This document shows, piece by piece, positions 1 through 11,759 of a stretch of DNA of 64,000 nucleotides (within the stretch, counting starts at the first letter, position 1; each line of letters starts with the position of its first letter). Made by a program: the position numbers and the translations under genes. Below the pieces are notes generated by a model. It made no database searches. It saw only the letters and a list, made by a program, of their open reading frames with translations, and was not told the origin of the DNA. The stretch is from Octopus vulgaris (lineage: Eukaryota), in the NCBI GenBank assembly GCA_951406725.2, contig OX597819.1, forward strand, positions 41,044,001 to 41,108,000, written 5' to 3'.

Positions 1-2304
1 ATGCTTTGACCAACGCAAATCACTGCTGACAGTGATGCCTAGGTCACGCTCGCAAGAGGATTTCTTGATATCAGTGTTGTGGAGGGAGTAAGTGAACGCA
101 GGGTTTTTTCTCCCAAAATGCATGGTGGTACACTTGTCCACAGCCAGTTTCAGTTGCCAGTCTGTGATCCATTGCTGCATTGTGTCTAGGTCTGATTGCA
201 GGAAAGAGTTGTAGACATCAGGATCTGTCCTCTTGATTTCAAGGTACAGCTTGATGTCGTCTGCATATTTCAATACTGTGGCATTCTTTAAATTGGCATC
301 TATGTCGTTAATGTATGCCACAAACAAGAGGGGACCAAGGACAGATCCCTGTGGTACACCCGATGACATCTCATATGGTGTAGAGTGCTGTCCTAGAACT
401 GTGACTACCTCCTTTCGGCTGAGGATGAAGGATTTCAACCAGTTAAAAAGGTCATCCCCCACACCCATTGCAGAGAGTTTCACCATAAGCCTTTTGTGTG
501 GCACAGAGTTGAAAGCCTTAGCAAAGTCAAGGTAGACAACATCCACCCATGAGCCACTGTCAGTAATCTGAGTAATGTCCTCAAGGAACTCGACAAGCTG
601 GTCACTGCAGCTGGAGTTAGGGACAAATCCATATTGTGAGGGTCGGATGAGACTGTGAGAGCTCCAGAAGTTCCAGAGTGTTTCTCTGACACACGATTCC
701 ATCAGTTTTGCAATACAGCTAGTGAGACTGACTGGGCGATAGTTGACAGGTGATGTGCGGTCGCCCTTTTTGAACAGAGGAATGACACTGGCAGTTTTCC
801 ACTGCTCCGGAGTAGCACCATTGTTGAGACAGTACTGGAAGAAAATAGAAAGCTGGTGTAAAAGGAAGTGCCTGCCACGTTTGAGAAGCAGGTATGTAAC
901 TCCATCGAGACCAGGGGAGGCATAGTTGCGCTTATTTTGAAGGTGACGTCGCAGCATTGCAGGTGTAAATTCCATAGTTGTTATGGAGTTTGCTGTTAGT
1001 GATGGTGAAGATGGTACATTTTGACTTTCAACAGTGAATATGTTTGCATAGCACTCGGCAATGAGTTCTGCGCATTCCTTGGGGTCGTCAGTGATCTGGT
1101 TTGTGTGAGGGTTGCGAAGAGGGCCCACTGGAGAGTGAGGTCTCTGCTTTGAGTGCACATATTTCCAGAAAACCTTGCTGTCAGGATTGGCTGCTATGCA
1201 CTGTTCAAATTCAAGCACTGCTTTTTTTGTCACTTGCTTGAGATGGTTGGAGGATTTATTCCGCTTCTTCCTGTTGGTGTCTGATTTATGCAACCTGTAT
1301 TCCCGTTCAGCAGTCCGACGTTCCCTCCTGGCAAGTCGGACCGCTGAAGTTTCCCAAATTGCCCTTTTGGGGCGGTTCTTCTTTTTTTGTTTACGTGGCA
1401 CTGATGCTGCACATGCTGCCCATATTGAGTCCAGGATACTCTGGAGTATAGTATTCACATCTCCAGAGTTGTAGAATTCACGCCAGTTTGGGTGCTGTAG
1501 TTCAGTGTGGTACAGGTTCCAATCTGCTCTCTTCCAATCGAAGGAAGCAGATTGGAGATGGTTCAGGTTTTTGTTGCCCGCAAGAGCCAGATTGGCGATG
1601 ATCATAGCATGATCAGAGTCACCTAGAGGTTCCTCCGTAGTGCAATTGATAACCGCTTCAGGAGTTGTGGTGAAGAGCAGGTCCAAGGTGTTGTCGCCTC
1701 TTGTTGGAGAGGTGACTACTTGTGACCAGTTTGAGTCCAGCACAAGCTCAACAAAATCGTTTGCACTCTGTGGCCAATGGAAGGTCTCCCAATCGATCTC
1801 AGGATGATTGAAATCGCCTGCAATAAACACATAAGTGGCTGTTTTCCTGGCAGCAGCTCGGAGGACATTGCAAAGCTGTGTGTCCCGATGGTAACTTGGG
1901 GGACGATAAACAACGCCAAGCAGGAGTGTTGACATGGTCATACGCACGTCACAGAAAAAAACTTCTTCTTGTGATTCGTTCAAATCGGCACAAGGAATTA
2001 CCAAAAAATTTGAACGAACGTAGACCATCACACCACCACCACGGCGGTTAGTGCGGTCCTTACGGAAGAGGTTGTACCCCGTAATGTTGAAAACCCCATC
2101 ACAGAGTAAGGAATGCGCCCATGTTTCCGTGACAGTGATGAAGTCAGGGTCAACACTTCTGACGTAGGCGTTGAACAAATGTATTTTGTTGCATAAACTG
2201 CGAGCATTTAAGGACAACAATTTGTACCCTGCTCGCAGTTTATGATGGTGTGTAGAGGATGGCAGGTTGTTCTGGCTTAGTTTCCCTGAGTTGCTGTAGT
2301 CTTT
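1..2304 (-). CDS. LINE ORF2, APE endonuclease + reverse transcriptase (partial, open to the window edge; absent from the ORF track)
   Basis: Manual codon scan finds no stop from 2304 down to 1. EN motifs: LNARSL, VTETW, RKDR..RRGGGV, YRPP, GDFN, PTRGDNTLDL, SDH. RT motifs: PLFKKG..NYRPVSLTS, QYGF, LDFAKAF, GVPQGSVLGP, YADD (256-267). Confidence 0.95.
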
Positions 2305-2687
2305 TTAGTTATTGTGGGTAGAGAGCACTCAGACCAGCTGGTATCTCTCTTCCACGTTTCAGCAGTCTTGACAAATCTCCAGATTTGTCCATCTTCCCGA
2401 AGACTGAAGCTTTCCTGTAGAGCTGAGTTCCTATTCAGGGAAGCCACTACACGTAGCTTCGGACGTACATCGGACGGTAAGCCTGGGCGTGTTCGGAAGG
2501 TGGTCCGATTTTCCCGCCCAGCTTTAACTGAGGCCAGATGGTAAGAGGTTGCCTCAGTGGGGTCCGTAAAAGACAACTTGATGAGCCTAGGTTTTGGGCC
2601 AGGTCGTCCAAGGCGGATAGCACCCGTTGGGGGAACGCAGCCTAGGTCTTTGGCTGAGTTGGCAGCAAAAGCCTGAAGATCAGCCAT
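2277..2687 (-). CDS. LINE ORF1 C-terminal fragment
   Basis: RLG..PRLIKL.F segment typical of CR1/L2 ORF1. Ends QGN* and overlaps the start of the ORF2 frame. Confidence 0.7.
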   Translation of the reverse strand: MADLQAFAANSAKDLGCVPPTGAIRLGRPGPKPRLIKLSFTDPTEATSYHLASVKAGRENRTTFRTRPGLPSDVRPKLRVVASLNRNSALQESFSLREDGQIWRFVKTAETWKRDTSWSECSLPTITKKTTATQGN

Positions 2688-2899
2688 GTCTTCTGGTAAA
2701 TGACTTAAAATGAACGTTAAGGTCTGTAAGAAACATCAAGCAATTTCTTCCGAACCAGGGTCTGCCCTAAGATTGTTGGCGCCTCAGGCCAAATGGATTT
2801 TTGTCTCCTTAATAAAATATTTTATTTCTTTAATTATTTTCTCACACACCTTTCTATGTGGGAGATCTCAAACATAGGTGGCACTCCTTAGCACCTGTT

Positions 2900-4030
2900 A
2901 CCCCACTTAACTGTCAGCTAGAACATTTCCATTCCTGCCGAGGTCAACTTTTCTTTTCATCCTTCGATGAAATAAGTTATCAGTCAAATTATCTAATCGA
3001 CTGTCCCCCTACCCACAAAACCCACGCCAAGGTTTTAGGAAGAAATAAGGATGAAAACAGAAAAAATGACAATTAAAAAGCAACATAAAAATAAAAATAG
3101 CTGCAGAAAAGTTTCATTTAAGCATAGGGCCAAAAATACTGAGCTGAGGGTTTTGTCGATGAAATCAATTCCAGTACCTGACCGGGACTCAATTTCTAAC
3201 ATAGGCACAAGGCCTGAATTAGAGGTGGGTGGTAAGTCGATTATATCGAGCCCAGTAATAGAATATCTTATTTTATCGACTCCAGTATTTAACTGGTACC
3301 TTATTTTATCGACAGTAGTACTTTATTTTATTAACTCTGAGAAAAGAAAATCAATGTTGATCTTGGTGGAATTTGAACTCAAGATGCAAACTGCTGCAAG
3401 AAATATCACAAAGCATTATATCCGACGCGCTAGCGATTCTGCAATCCACTGCCCTAATGGCTGTGGAAATAATTCTTTCTATTATAGGGAAAAGGTCTGA
3501 AATTTAGTGGGAGGGACAAACCGATTACATCAACACTAATGCTCTACTGGTACTTATTTTATCGACCCCGAAATGATAAAGGTCAAAGTCGCTAATCATC
3601 TTGCCTGGCGTGCTAACGATTCTTATTTCTTTATTGCCCACAAGGGGCTAAACATAGAGGGAACAAACAAGGACAGACAAAGGGATTAAGTCGATTTTAT
3701 CGACCCCGTTGCGTAACTAGTACTTAATTTATTGACCCCGAAAAGATGAAAGGCAAAGTTGACCTCGGCGGAATTTGTGGTGTGCTAACGATTCTGCCAG
3801 CTTGCCGCCTTAATGGCTGCAGAAATATTGGTTTTAATTTTTAGCATAGGGCAGTAAAGTCGATTACATCGACCCCTGTGTTCAAATGGTACTTATTTTA
3901 TCTACATAGAAAGGATAAAAGAAACAGTGAACCTCGGCGGAATTTAAACTCAGAACGTAATGACGGACGAATTGTTTCTAAACATTTTACCCGGCGTGCT
4001 AACGTATCTGCCAACTCGCTACCTTAAAAG
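2900..4030. mobile_element. Cluster of SINE family A fragments (mostly minus strand)
   Basis: Repeated reverse complement of the core gaggtcgactttgcctttcatcctttcggggtcgataaa..aagtacc, plus the tail at 3623-3680. Same family as the TSD-bounded copy at 18748-18972. Confidence 0.85.
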
Positions 4031-4555
4031 CTACAGAAATACTAAAAGGTATACACTCGAGAATACACGATGAAATAAAAACTAAATGGAAAAGAAAACT
4101 TCTTTATTGCTCCGGGAGTAAAACAAACATATTGTGAGTGATTTCAGGTGGGTGGAATACAAAGACTGGACGATTGATGACCGCCGCATAGGTCGTGTAT
4201 ATTCTCCCGCTATAAGTAAACAACAGATGCATGACACTAAATAAAACATTTGATCGTATATTCCTCAAACTCTAGCTGTGGCTAGCAAAATACCTCCATT
4301 TGAAACGTCTAAGGTTATACCGGATTAATAAAATCAACAATGACAAAAACAAACTGGAGTAGAGTCTGTATGGGAAGCCTATGCGTGTTTATGCAACCTA
4401 TTTGAAATAGCAGATAAGCATTCCTCAGATAACACATTCTGGTGTATTAAATGAAAAAGGAAGACCGCATTGAATGATGGATTTCTGAATATACTAAGGC
4501 CTGGAGAGAAGACGTGATGGACGTTGAACAAGAGCACGCTCAACATGTTGCACCT

Positions 4556-4793
4556 GAAGAAGAAGAAGAAGAAGAAGAAGAAGAAGAAGAAGAAGAAGAA
4601 GAAGAAGAAGAAGAAGAAGAAGAAGGAGGAGGAGGAGGAGGAGGAAGAAGAAGAAGAAGGAGGAGGAGGAGGAGGAGGAGGAGGAGAAGAAGAAGGAGGA
4701 GGAGGAGGAGAAGGAGGAGGAGGAGGAGGGAGGAGAAGAAGAAGAAGAAGAAGAAGAAGAAGAAGAAGAAGAAGAAGAAGAAGAAGAAGAAGA
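4556..4793. repeat. Compound (GAA)n/(GGA)n polypurine microsatellite
   Basis: Direct reading; essentially pure purine on the + strand. Confidence 0.98.
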
Positions 4794-4885
4794 CAATTTA
4801 AATAATGCATTCTGAGCAGTGTTCCACGACAGTTCAACATTTTGGAATTAACGAAGGTTTCCGTAGTTACGTTTCATAAAAAATT

Positions 4886-5443
4886 ACGAGGGTCTGTTGA
4901 AAGTCCATGCGTTGGTGAGAAAATGAAGTTTATTTTTCAACATAGTCCCTCTTGCGGTTCACACACCTCTTCCAACGGTATTAAAGTGCTTGGATTGCAC
5001 TGGCGAAAAAGCTTTCATCCTGTTAGTAAAAACAGTCATCAACAGCAGATATGACGCCATCGTCACTGCGATACAAGTTCTTAGCCAAGTATTTTTTTCA
5101 TGCTGGGGAACAGATGATAGTCATATGGAGGCAAATCAGGAAAACAGGGAAGGTGATCAACTAGTTCAAAGCCATAGTCACACCCAGGAGCCAGTGAAAT
5201 CAAGGACTTGTTTGCTGGAGCATTGTCCTGAAGAAACAAAGCCCCTTTCATCACTTTTCCTGGGTGTTTGGCTTTGATCGCCTTCCATAACTCTCTATTG
5301 ATGGTGTGGCCCTTTTGAAGGTAGTCAATAAACGCAATGTCTTTTGAATCCCTAAAAACTGCAGAAGAAACAACTTTGGCCTTCTTTGGTACAGGTGAGG
5401 AGAGGCGTTTCAACTGCATGGATTGTCTACTTTTTTTTTGCAA
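4886..5443 (-). pseudogene. Degenerate mariner transposase fragment with one TIR-like end
   Basis: ORF 5081-5443 contains IDYLQKGHTIN, FLQDNAPA and HLPCFPDLPPYDYHLF (decayed YSPDLAPSDYHLF). TA-cgagggtctg terminus at ~4886. Confidence 0.88.
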
Positions 5444-5621
5444 CGGTGAATCACGAAGTACATAAAGCTATAAAACTGTGTAAAAACGTTTGCAGTCCGA
5501 CTTCGGCTTCATTACAGTTACAAGCTATTATTTATAGCTTTATCTGTTTCGAGATTCACCGTTCCCAGAAAGAATTATTTTACGTTGTCGAAGTTTCTAA
5601 ATTGTTATGACGCCAACAGTC

Positions 5622-6395
5622 TACATACATACATAAATACATACATACATACATACATACATGCATACATACACACATACATACATACATACATACATAC
5701 ATACATAAATACATACATACATACATACATGCATACATACACACATACATACATACATACATACATACATACATACATACATACATACATACATACATAC
5801 ATACATACATACATACATACATGCATGCATACATGCATGAATGCATACATACATACATAGCGTTCACACACACACACACACGAACGTTTAATTCTGGAGA
5901 ATTATATTGGTGCGCATATGTGTATGTATGTATTTATGTATATATATGTACATATCTGTATGTATATGTGTGTGTTATTTAAAAATGGAACGATAGTTTT
6001 GACCGATTTCGGATATTTTCCAAGGGTTCTTGAAAAGTCGCTGAGCCATTTAAAAAATTTATATAGAAAATGTATTTATGTACGTACGTACGTATGTATG
6101 TATGTACGTATGTATGTATGTATGTATGTATGTATGTATGTATGTATGTATGTATGTATGTATGTATGTATGTATGTATGTATGTATATATGCATGTATG
6201 TATGTATGCATGTATATATGTATGTTTGTATGTATGTATGTATGTATGTATGTATACATATGTGTTTGTATGTATTAATGTATGTATATGTGTGCTTGGG
6301 TATGCATCTGTGTCTGTATGCCTGAATACCTGGAAATATGTATGCATGTATATATATATATGTACGTATGTTAGTATGTATGTATTATGTATGTA
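5622..6395. repeat. (TACA)n/(CA)n and inverted (TATG)n microsatellite blocks
   Basis: Direct reading; source of the many MYVC/HTYI ORFs. Confidence 0.95.
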
Positions 6396-7082
6396 ATGTG
6401 ATTTTAAAGTAAATTAAAGATAGCAGATAATAATTGCTGAAAATGGACGACATTAATGCTAGCAAGCGTAAAAAAAAAAGAGTTCAATAAATAAAATAAA
6501 AAAACGCTGAAATACGCGCGCGCGTGTCTGCTGCTAGAAGCGCAGCAGCCGCAGCGGTGGCGGTGGTGGCGGCAGCGGCTACAGCAATAACTATTATGCG
6601 AAAGATCATAAACGTAGCCAATGCAACTACTAAGAATCTTAGTGAAGAGGTCGTAGTTACAATTATAAATCCTTTAAGTGTTAGGTTTGCTTTTGTTCCA
6701 GTTTTCCTGGGTTTAATGAGTAACTGTAGCACACTGTGGATAAATATACCAACATCAAAGAGAGAACTATGACTCTCGCTTGGTATCGATCTCCAAGCAA
6801 AAGGTCAATGCTAAACAATCGATACTGATACGTCTGCAGTCTGGCTAATTGAGAAATATAAGGGAGAAATAAAAAAGGAAACCAAAGCGCTTTTGTAGAC
6901 AGAATGATTCACCCATGAGAAACGGTGAGGTGACGATGTGTAAGAGGCGTCATCTAACAGTATTAACGATTCTCTTAGATAGGCGAGTATCAGAAAGTCA
7001 GGACTATCACCAGACGGAGAATAATGGACATGTTGAAGCTTCTCAAAGCTGACATGACGAATCACACGGGAAGAGTACAGAG

Positions 7083-7582
7083 TATACATACACACATACA
7101 TACATACATACATACATACATACATACATACATACATACATACATGCATACATACATACATACATACGTACATACATACATACATACATACATACATACA
7201 TACATGCATGCATACATACATACATAAATACATACATGCATGCATACATACATACATGCATACATACATGCATACATGCATGCATGCATACATACATACA
7301 TATATACATACATGCATTCATGGATACATACACACATGGATACATACGTACATACATACATACATACATACATACATACATACATACATACATACATACG
7401 TACATACATTCATGCATGCATGCATACATACATATATACATACATACATACATGCATGCATGCATACATACATACATACATACATACATACATGCATACA
7501 TGCATACATACATACATACATACATACATACGTACATACGTAGATACACACACACACACACACACACACATACATATATATA
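7083..7582. repeat. Long degenerate (TACA/TGCA)n microsatellite
   Basis: Direct reading. Confidence 0.95.
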
Positions 7583-7964
7583 TCTTCCTGGTGTTACCTG
7601 GTTAAACTTGCAAAATTAAATTAAGTTTAGCACTTACATATTTTATCTAAATTTTACGATTAATTTTCAAACGTTATATGTAAACCAAAATGATTCGAGA
7701 ATTTTAAAATATAGGGTATATATAATATATATATATATATATGTGTGTGTGCGTATGTGCGTGTGTTTATGTATGAATATATATATATATCATTGCTATA
7801 TAATAAAAATTATATTTATAATATGGAAAGTACACGAAGCACCAGCCTGCTAGATATATAAGTTAAAAATATATATACATAAATATGTGTGTGTGTGTGT
7901 GTGTGTGCGCGTGTGTGTGTGTGTGCGCGTGTGTGTGTGTGTGCATTTTAATTATTATGTATTT

Positions 7965-8002
<38 letters not shown>

Positions 8003-8434
8003 TAACAGGATCCTAAGGCTGATTTCTATACCTGAGTTTAAGTATAGAAGGAAAAATAAACGGTTGCCGTTAAATTAGAGTATAAAAGTAATTTATCAAA
8101 GATATTAGGCATTCAAGCATAAACTGTCATCTGACACGGTTTTCTGCTAGTTGCTATAAGGACATACATATATGCACATACATTTATGCACATACATACA
8201 TACATACATACATACATACACATTCATGCATACAGACACAGATAATACATACGTACAAACATACATACATACATATCTACAAACAAACATACATTCATAC
8301 ATACCAGCAACAGCTATAAAGAACGAGTCTCCACTGTACATTTTTTATGGAGTTCTACATCAGATGATGGCTATTTACTGTATAATATATACACCTATAC
8401 ATATTTAACATTCGCAATATGATGATACATACAT

Positions 8435-8493
<59 letters not shown>

Positions 8494-8834
8494 CAGACAT
8501 ACATATTTACATATATATATATATATATATATACACATACATGCTCTCTCTCTCTCTCACTTTCTCCTCATCTATCACCCTCTCGTACTGTCTTATATTC
8601 CTCCCCACCACTACAAACTCAATACCACTATAAAATGGTAAAAACTTTTCACACAGGAACTTAGTTTGATTTGAAAACCCCACTAGAATGGATGAAAGCG
8701 CTAATACATGATCTAAGTTATATGATGTATAAAAAATGTAATATACAAATAAATATCTGTAAATATAAACCATCCGATTTTCTGAGTACCTCATTTCTTC
8801 TAACATAAAATACCTGTACATCATCTCCAAACCT

Positions 8835-8888
<54 letters not shown>

Positions 8889-9024
8889 ATGTAAATATAT
8901 ATTCATACCTATGCATACCTATCTATCCATTTGCTTATTTATATGTGTGTCTCATACACACATACATATATTCAACATCTGCAACCATTAACCCAGGCAC
9001 GTTTTTTTTTTTTTCTCACTCCAT

Positions 9025-9190
9025 TTTCCCCTCTATCTGTTTTCTCTTTTCAGTCCTTTCCGTGCAAGACCGTAGGCTCGAAACATCAAAGACGTCTTCC
9101 ATTTTCCCTGACCGTTAAAACTAATACACCTGGCTCGTACTTACCTCACCTGTCTCTGTCTTTTGTTTTTTGCTTTCTGTATAATTATAT
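9025..9190 (+). mobile_element. Diverged short element related to the hammerhead-like mini-elements at 31-38 kb
   Basis: cgtaggctcgaaac...cctgaccgtt..ctaatacac..cacctgtc matches 36260-36390; the ribozyme core is decayed. Confidence 0.55.
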
Positions 9191-9471
9191 ATATGGTTGA
9201 CTCATATATATAGTTGACTCCTATAGATATATTTGTAGATAAAATAGGCTATATATATATATACAGAGAGAGAGAGAGGAGGGAGAGAGATTGTCGCTTT
9301 CAGATGTCCCGATGTGGTTGTTTCTGAACAAGCTGCCTAACTCATTTAATTTTTAAAAATAGAAACAGGGTGCCATACACTGACAATATGATTTTCATGG
9401 GATTAAGCTGGGGTCTAGTTTCGATTTTCGGTTGTTTCACATCATTCTTGTTATTAATACACTTTGTGGAA

Positions 9472-9910
9472 AAGGCGGCGAGCTGGACAAAATGCCTAGC
9501 GGTATTTCGTCTGCCGCTACATTCTGAGTTCAAATTCCGCCAAGGTCGACTTTGCTTTTCATCTTTTCGGGGTCGACAGATTAAGTACCAGTTACGCACT
9601 GGGATCGATGTAATCGACTAGCCCCCACCCCAACAATTTCATACCTTGTGTCTATAGTAGAAAAAAAAAAAAAACTCTTTGTGAAAGACAAGGCGGTCAG
9701 CCAGCAGAACCGTCAGCACGCCGGGCAAAATGTTTAGAATCATTTCTTCCGTCTTTACTTTTTAAGTTCAAGTTCCGCTGAGGTCAACATTGCCTTTCAT
9801 CTTCTCGAGGTCGTTAAAATAAGTACCATTTGAGCACTGGGGATCGATATAATCGATTCCCCTCCGCCCACCGAACTTTCTGGCCTTGTGCCAAAATTTG
9901 AAATCAATGT
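9472..9910 (+). mobile_element. Two SINE family A copies
   Basis: aaggcgg(c/t)..gc.ggca head, gagttcaa.ttcc B-box-like segment and the family core. Confidence 0.85.
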
Positions 9911-11759
9911 TCTTGAGAAAGGCATAATCGTCATCCATTTCCCAGTCAACTCACCTAAAATTCTTAACTGATCAAAGTCTCCTAAAGTCGAACTAATCGA
10001 CTATCACGTATTATCTCTTGGGATACTGTCAAAGAACAAATGATAAAAAGTAAATAATTAGATACTGGAGTTTAAATTCACACAATTGTAATATAGCTCT
10101 ACACGTGGAATTCGTGGTCTCGTGTTCGATTCCACTCCACTACCACCGGCATGCATCTTCTGTGATAACCCCAAATCGACCAATTCCGTGTGAGTGAAAT
10201 TTGGTTGACAAAAACTATGTTGAAGCTTGTTAGAGGGATCACACCAGTTCGCAGGTTGTAGGGTTTATCTATTACCTGTTTTTACGCTACCCACTGGCAC
10301 TTGGCCAGGAGCCGGAAGAAATACAGCTATGTATTTTGTCTAGCGCTGTAATGTTCTGCGAGCGTGCTGCTTCGACGAAACGAAATAATGCAAAGCAGTG
10401 ATTCCAAAATATGGTCATTGGGATTATTAAAGGAGACGTACAGAAGAAGACGTTTCTGTCTGGATTAACTGATGCTTTTTAGAAATGTGCTGTTTTATAA
10501 ATATTCTGTTATTCTATATTGTCGCTGATTCTATAGTCCACTCTTCTTGAAAATACTTCTGTATGAGAGGATACTTGAGACACAATCGTTGTTATGTTAA
10601 CCCTCAGCAGTCCTGACTAAGCAGACATTTCTTCTATGACCATCCTTTCTTTTTAGAAGTATATCTAAAATCATGTTATCCAATATTTTCCTTGTCCTTA
10701 AGCTTTCAAAGTGGAGACAAGCACCTCCATCCAGCAAAGATTAGAGATTAGTTTCAGAGTCATTGCTCATTATCGGTTTGGAGTAGCATGGCTTGCTAGC
10801 TGTCGATGCCTATCCTTTCCCAAGGCGGTAGCGTCTGACTTGAGGAAAATTTGGCTGCTAGTTCTAGCAGGTCGGGAGCCCACGTAGGAACTCTCTCAAT
10901 ATCTTATCGATTTACCGTCCTTATCTATATCTACTGTTTTTTACCACTTAAACCGTAAGATTAGGAAATCAAATGTTTACGGAAAAGTTCAAGGTTGCAA
11001 CCTTAATCCTCTCCCCACCCTCTCTCTCTCTCCCTCACGCCGTGTGTGTATGCATCTGTGTATAGCGTGTTTGCCCAGACTAATTATAATACGTTATGAT
11101 ATTTGTGTATGTTCTTTGTTTCATTTATTAATCGTATAAACGACAAAACTTAATTGAAAAGTTTTTACAAAGAGATATAAATAGAGTTTTGGGACTGGGC
11201 TTGTTGGTAGCGTTTCCGACACCAGATGTCTCTCGTTACAACTAACGTGTCCTTAATATTGATTTCATTTTGACCAGATTGAAAAGAAAAAAAAAACTTC
11301 AGATCCAGTGTGAAAGAAAGCGTATTAAGTTGTGGCGTTCATGCACGTTTAAATGTTAGAAGATGGCAAGATGGGTAACCTTTGCATATGTGAATTATGT
11401 GTATTTTAATAAATTTGGACTAAAGAAAATGTTGCTAGGTAGAGGTTCTTGTCTCCACTTTGAAAACATAAGGACACAGGAAATGTGTCGAGTCCAATAG
11501 GAAACGGTGTTTCCTAGGGCTAAATAACGGTAGCATTCTTCCCTTTCATGGGACTGTCACATTAAGCTAACAACATACTATCACTTTACCGTGTGCTACT
11601 GTATAAATCTCTCTGAGAGATTTAGAAATGAATTATTTCTATTCTCAAAAATCAGTGGATGTATTTCACTTGAAATGTTTTCAAAGGCCGATAGGCATCG
11701 GCAGTTAGCAAGCCACGCTCTTTTCATCTGTGACACGTTATTTTCTGCATTTTGCTACC

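Larger units (their letters stand above)
1..2700 (-). mobile_element. CR1-clade LINE, 5'-truncated within ORF1; 3' part runs off the window
   Basis: ORF1 C-terminal fragment followed by an open APE-endonuclease/RT ORF2 (next two features). Coding signal is lost above ~2700. Confidence 0.93.

Noticed and set aside
233-1919. Short track ORFs overlapping the LINE
   Set aside because: Alternative-frame or antisense shadows of the true ORF2.
4379-4840. Poly-E/G/R/K/L/S ORFs
   Set aside because: These are translations of the GAA/GGA microsatellite.
6510-6585. Poly-Ala coding exon
   Set aside because: Short GC-rich triplet run with no convincing splice sites or flanking coding signal.
6880-7060. 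Second mariner fragment (FEKLQHVHYSP)
   Set aside because: Single weak motif resemblance without supporting DD34D context.
5580-8670. Dozens of MYVC/HTYI-repeat ORFs (also at 18, 26, 31-41 and 59 kb)
   Set aside because: Stop-free microsatellites; not coding evidence.
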